Source: Eledone cirrhosa
Taxonomy: Eukaryota
Direction: 5' to 3'
Length of the DNA stretch: 64,000 nt
Assembly (NCBI GenBank): GCA_964016885.1
Contig: OZ024747.1
Location: 35,030,001-35,094,000, forward strand
This document shows, piece by piece, positions 62,300 to 64,000 of the stretch (the stretch's first letter is position 1; each line of letters opens with the position of its first letter). The position numbers and the translations under genes were made by a program. The notes under the pieces are model-generated. The model made no database searches, had not been told where the DNA came from, and was given only the letters and a program-made list of their open reading frames with translations.

Positions 62300-64000
62300 C
62301 TCCAGCAATATGTCTGCTGGTGGGACAACGTCGGAAAAGTTGAGAGGAGGGTTACGGCGAACACAGAAATTGATACAACAAACAACACCACAAACAACGT
62401 GAACAAAGACAGCAATGACAGCAACACTGAGAACTCTAATTTTGAAAAGAATGACCACACCAAACACAACAATAACAGCGACAACCAAATTACAGACAAC
62501 AGAAAAAAATGACAACAAATGCAACAATATTAACATCATTAACATGAAAAATAGCGACAACACCAACAGCAATAATACAAATTGCACCGAGAACAACAAC
62601 GGTGGCACCAAAGACACAACCAACTGCAACAGTGATAACAACAACACCAACAAGAACAACGACAACAACAACAACACCGCCAACGACAAGAAGAACACTT
62701 TCACTCTGGCAGCAGCCAAAAAGAGGCCATGCTTCAACATGTACCTCTCAAACAAAGATGAAATGTTGGCCCAGGCCTGGAAGCTCATCAAGCAAGAGCA
62801 AACCTGAGCCAACTTAACTGTCCCGATAGAAGCTATTGAGGCAGTGGAGCGCAGAACGGTGCATTATAGATGCATCTCAGCACAAACCAAAAGGACACCT
62901 TTAATTCCACAAGCGGATGTTGATGTCACGCTGAGGTGCATCAGAGAAGACACCCAGTACATAGAGAGGGGCAGACAGTACGGCAATATTTCGGAGCTGT
63001 TCAAGTCAGAAGACCTCGCTATCAAACACGCTATGACTCCTTGCAAAACCAGCAATACTTTTAAAGGGGTTCCCAAAAGAAACCCCATCAACTATGGAGG
63101 TCGAACTTCCAGACCTTCACAAGAGCCCTTGAGGTAAGTAAACCTTCCATTTCTATCTATTAACCTGCAAACATGACCGTACTAAGAGAAGGAAGTTTAA
63201 ATGTTCGATGTCTAGGATCGTCCTAGAAGCAGAGTCACCTGCTCAACGACCTCAGGTCTCTAGAAATGGATGTAATTGCCGTCAGCGAGACCAGGATTCC
63301 CGACACGCGCGCACTAGCCCCCTTTCTCGACGACTATCAGATCTTCGCATCTGTTAGTCGGCCGGGAATGGGAGGCGGGGTGGCAGTGCTGATTAGAAAA
63401 GGCCTAGATATCGAGTTAAGGTCGATCTTCCGGGACCCGGACGGGAAGTTTGTGGTCCTGGATGTGAACATAACGAAGGTGGTGCCATGAAACTTGTAGC
63501 TGTCTACGCCCCTACTGGGGCAGGACGGCCGGACTTCTTTAGACGCCTGGAAGCCTTTCTGTGTACATCTCGCCCTTTACTGTTAGCGGCGGACTGGCAC
63601 GGCATCTTAGACGCTACTGGGACTCTGTGGGAGTACCCAATAGGAGCGGGGAGTGCAAAAGCCTCAAGAACCTGATCAACCAGATCCAACTGTCTGACAG
63701 GTACCGACTAGATTTCCCTAATGAGTCAGTGTAAACCTGGACTAACCGCATAGAATCATCTTGATCGTATATAGACCGGATCTTCATTAGGAAAATAGAC
63801 AGAACTAGTGTAAGCAGTCCACGTTTTAAAATGGGCGCCTATTCAGATCACAAGTTTGTGATCTGTATGGTCGACCTAGATAAGATGCGTATGTTAGGAC
63901 CTGATTACTGGAAATTGAACATGTCAATTCCGACTCGTAAGGCTGACAGGGACCAGGCCAACAACAATTTAGTTAAGAAAAGGTTGACAGGGGGAGTGTT
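62300..64000 (+). mobile_element. L1/Tx1-clade LINE: ORF1 remnant then APE endonuclease of ORF2 (63173 to window end)
   Basis: SLNVR, DVIAVSETR, GGVAVLIRK, DPDGKFVVLD, LVAVYAP, LLAADW, YIDRIF, SDH; contains stops and frameshifts. Confidence 0.88.

Overview
AT-rich eukaryotic intergenic or intronic DNA made almost entirely of nested repeats. The tRNA-SINE families, (TA)n/(CA)n/(GA)n tracts and repeat mix suggest an octopus/cephalopod genome (inference). No host protein-coding gene is evident, and most listed ORFs are microsatellite artefacts. Contents: at least six Penelope-like element (PLE; RT/GIY-YIG) remnants, many in fold-back form and bounded by (TA)n; several Helitron remnants; a full-length decayed Tigger/pogo transposon (54441-57070); R4-, RTE- and L1/Tx1-type LINE fragments; and about 10 tRNA-derived SINEs. 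The window is rich in hammerhead ribozyme (HHR) motifs, several with core variants. Top candidate for a new system: two related families of ~590-620 nt non-coding tandem units (10152-10412, 16815-17797, 47082-47205, 57257-57984). They carry a hammerhead whose three core strands lie in reversed, non-circularly permuted order, supported by compensatory changes between the families, and one insertion begins at the predicted cleavage site. Second candidate: a ~2 kb non-coding HHR-ended element carrying tandem copies of a conserved three-way-junction RNA motif (13011-13501, 42734-43136). All structures were derived by eye and none was computed.
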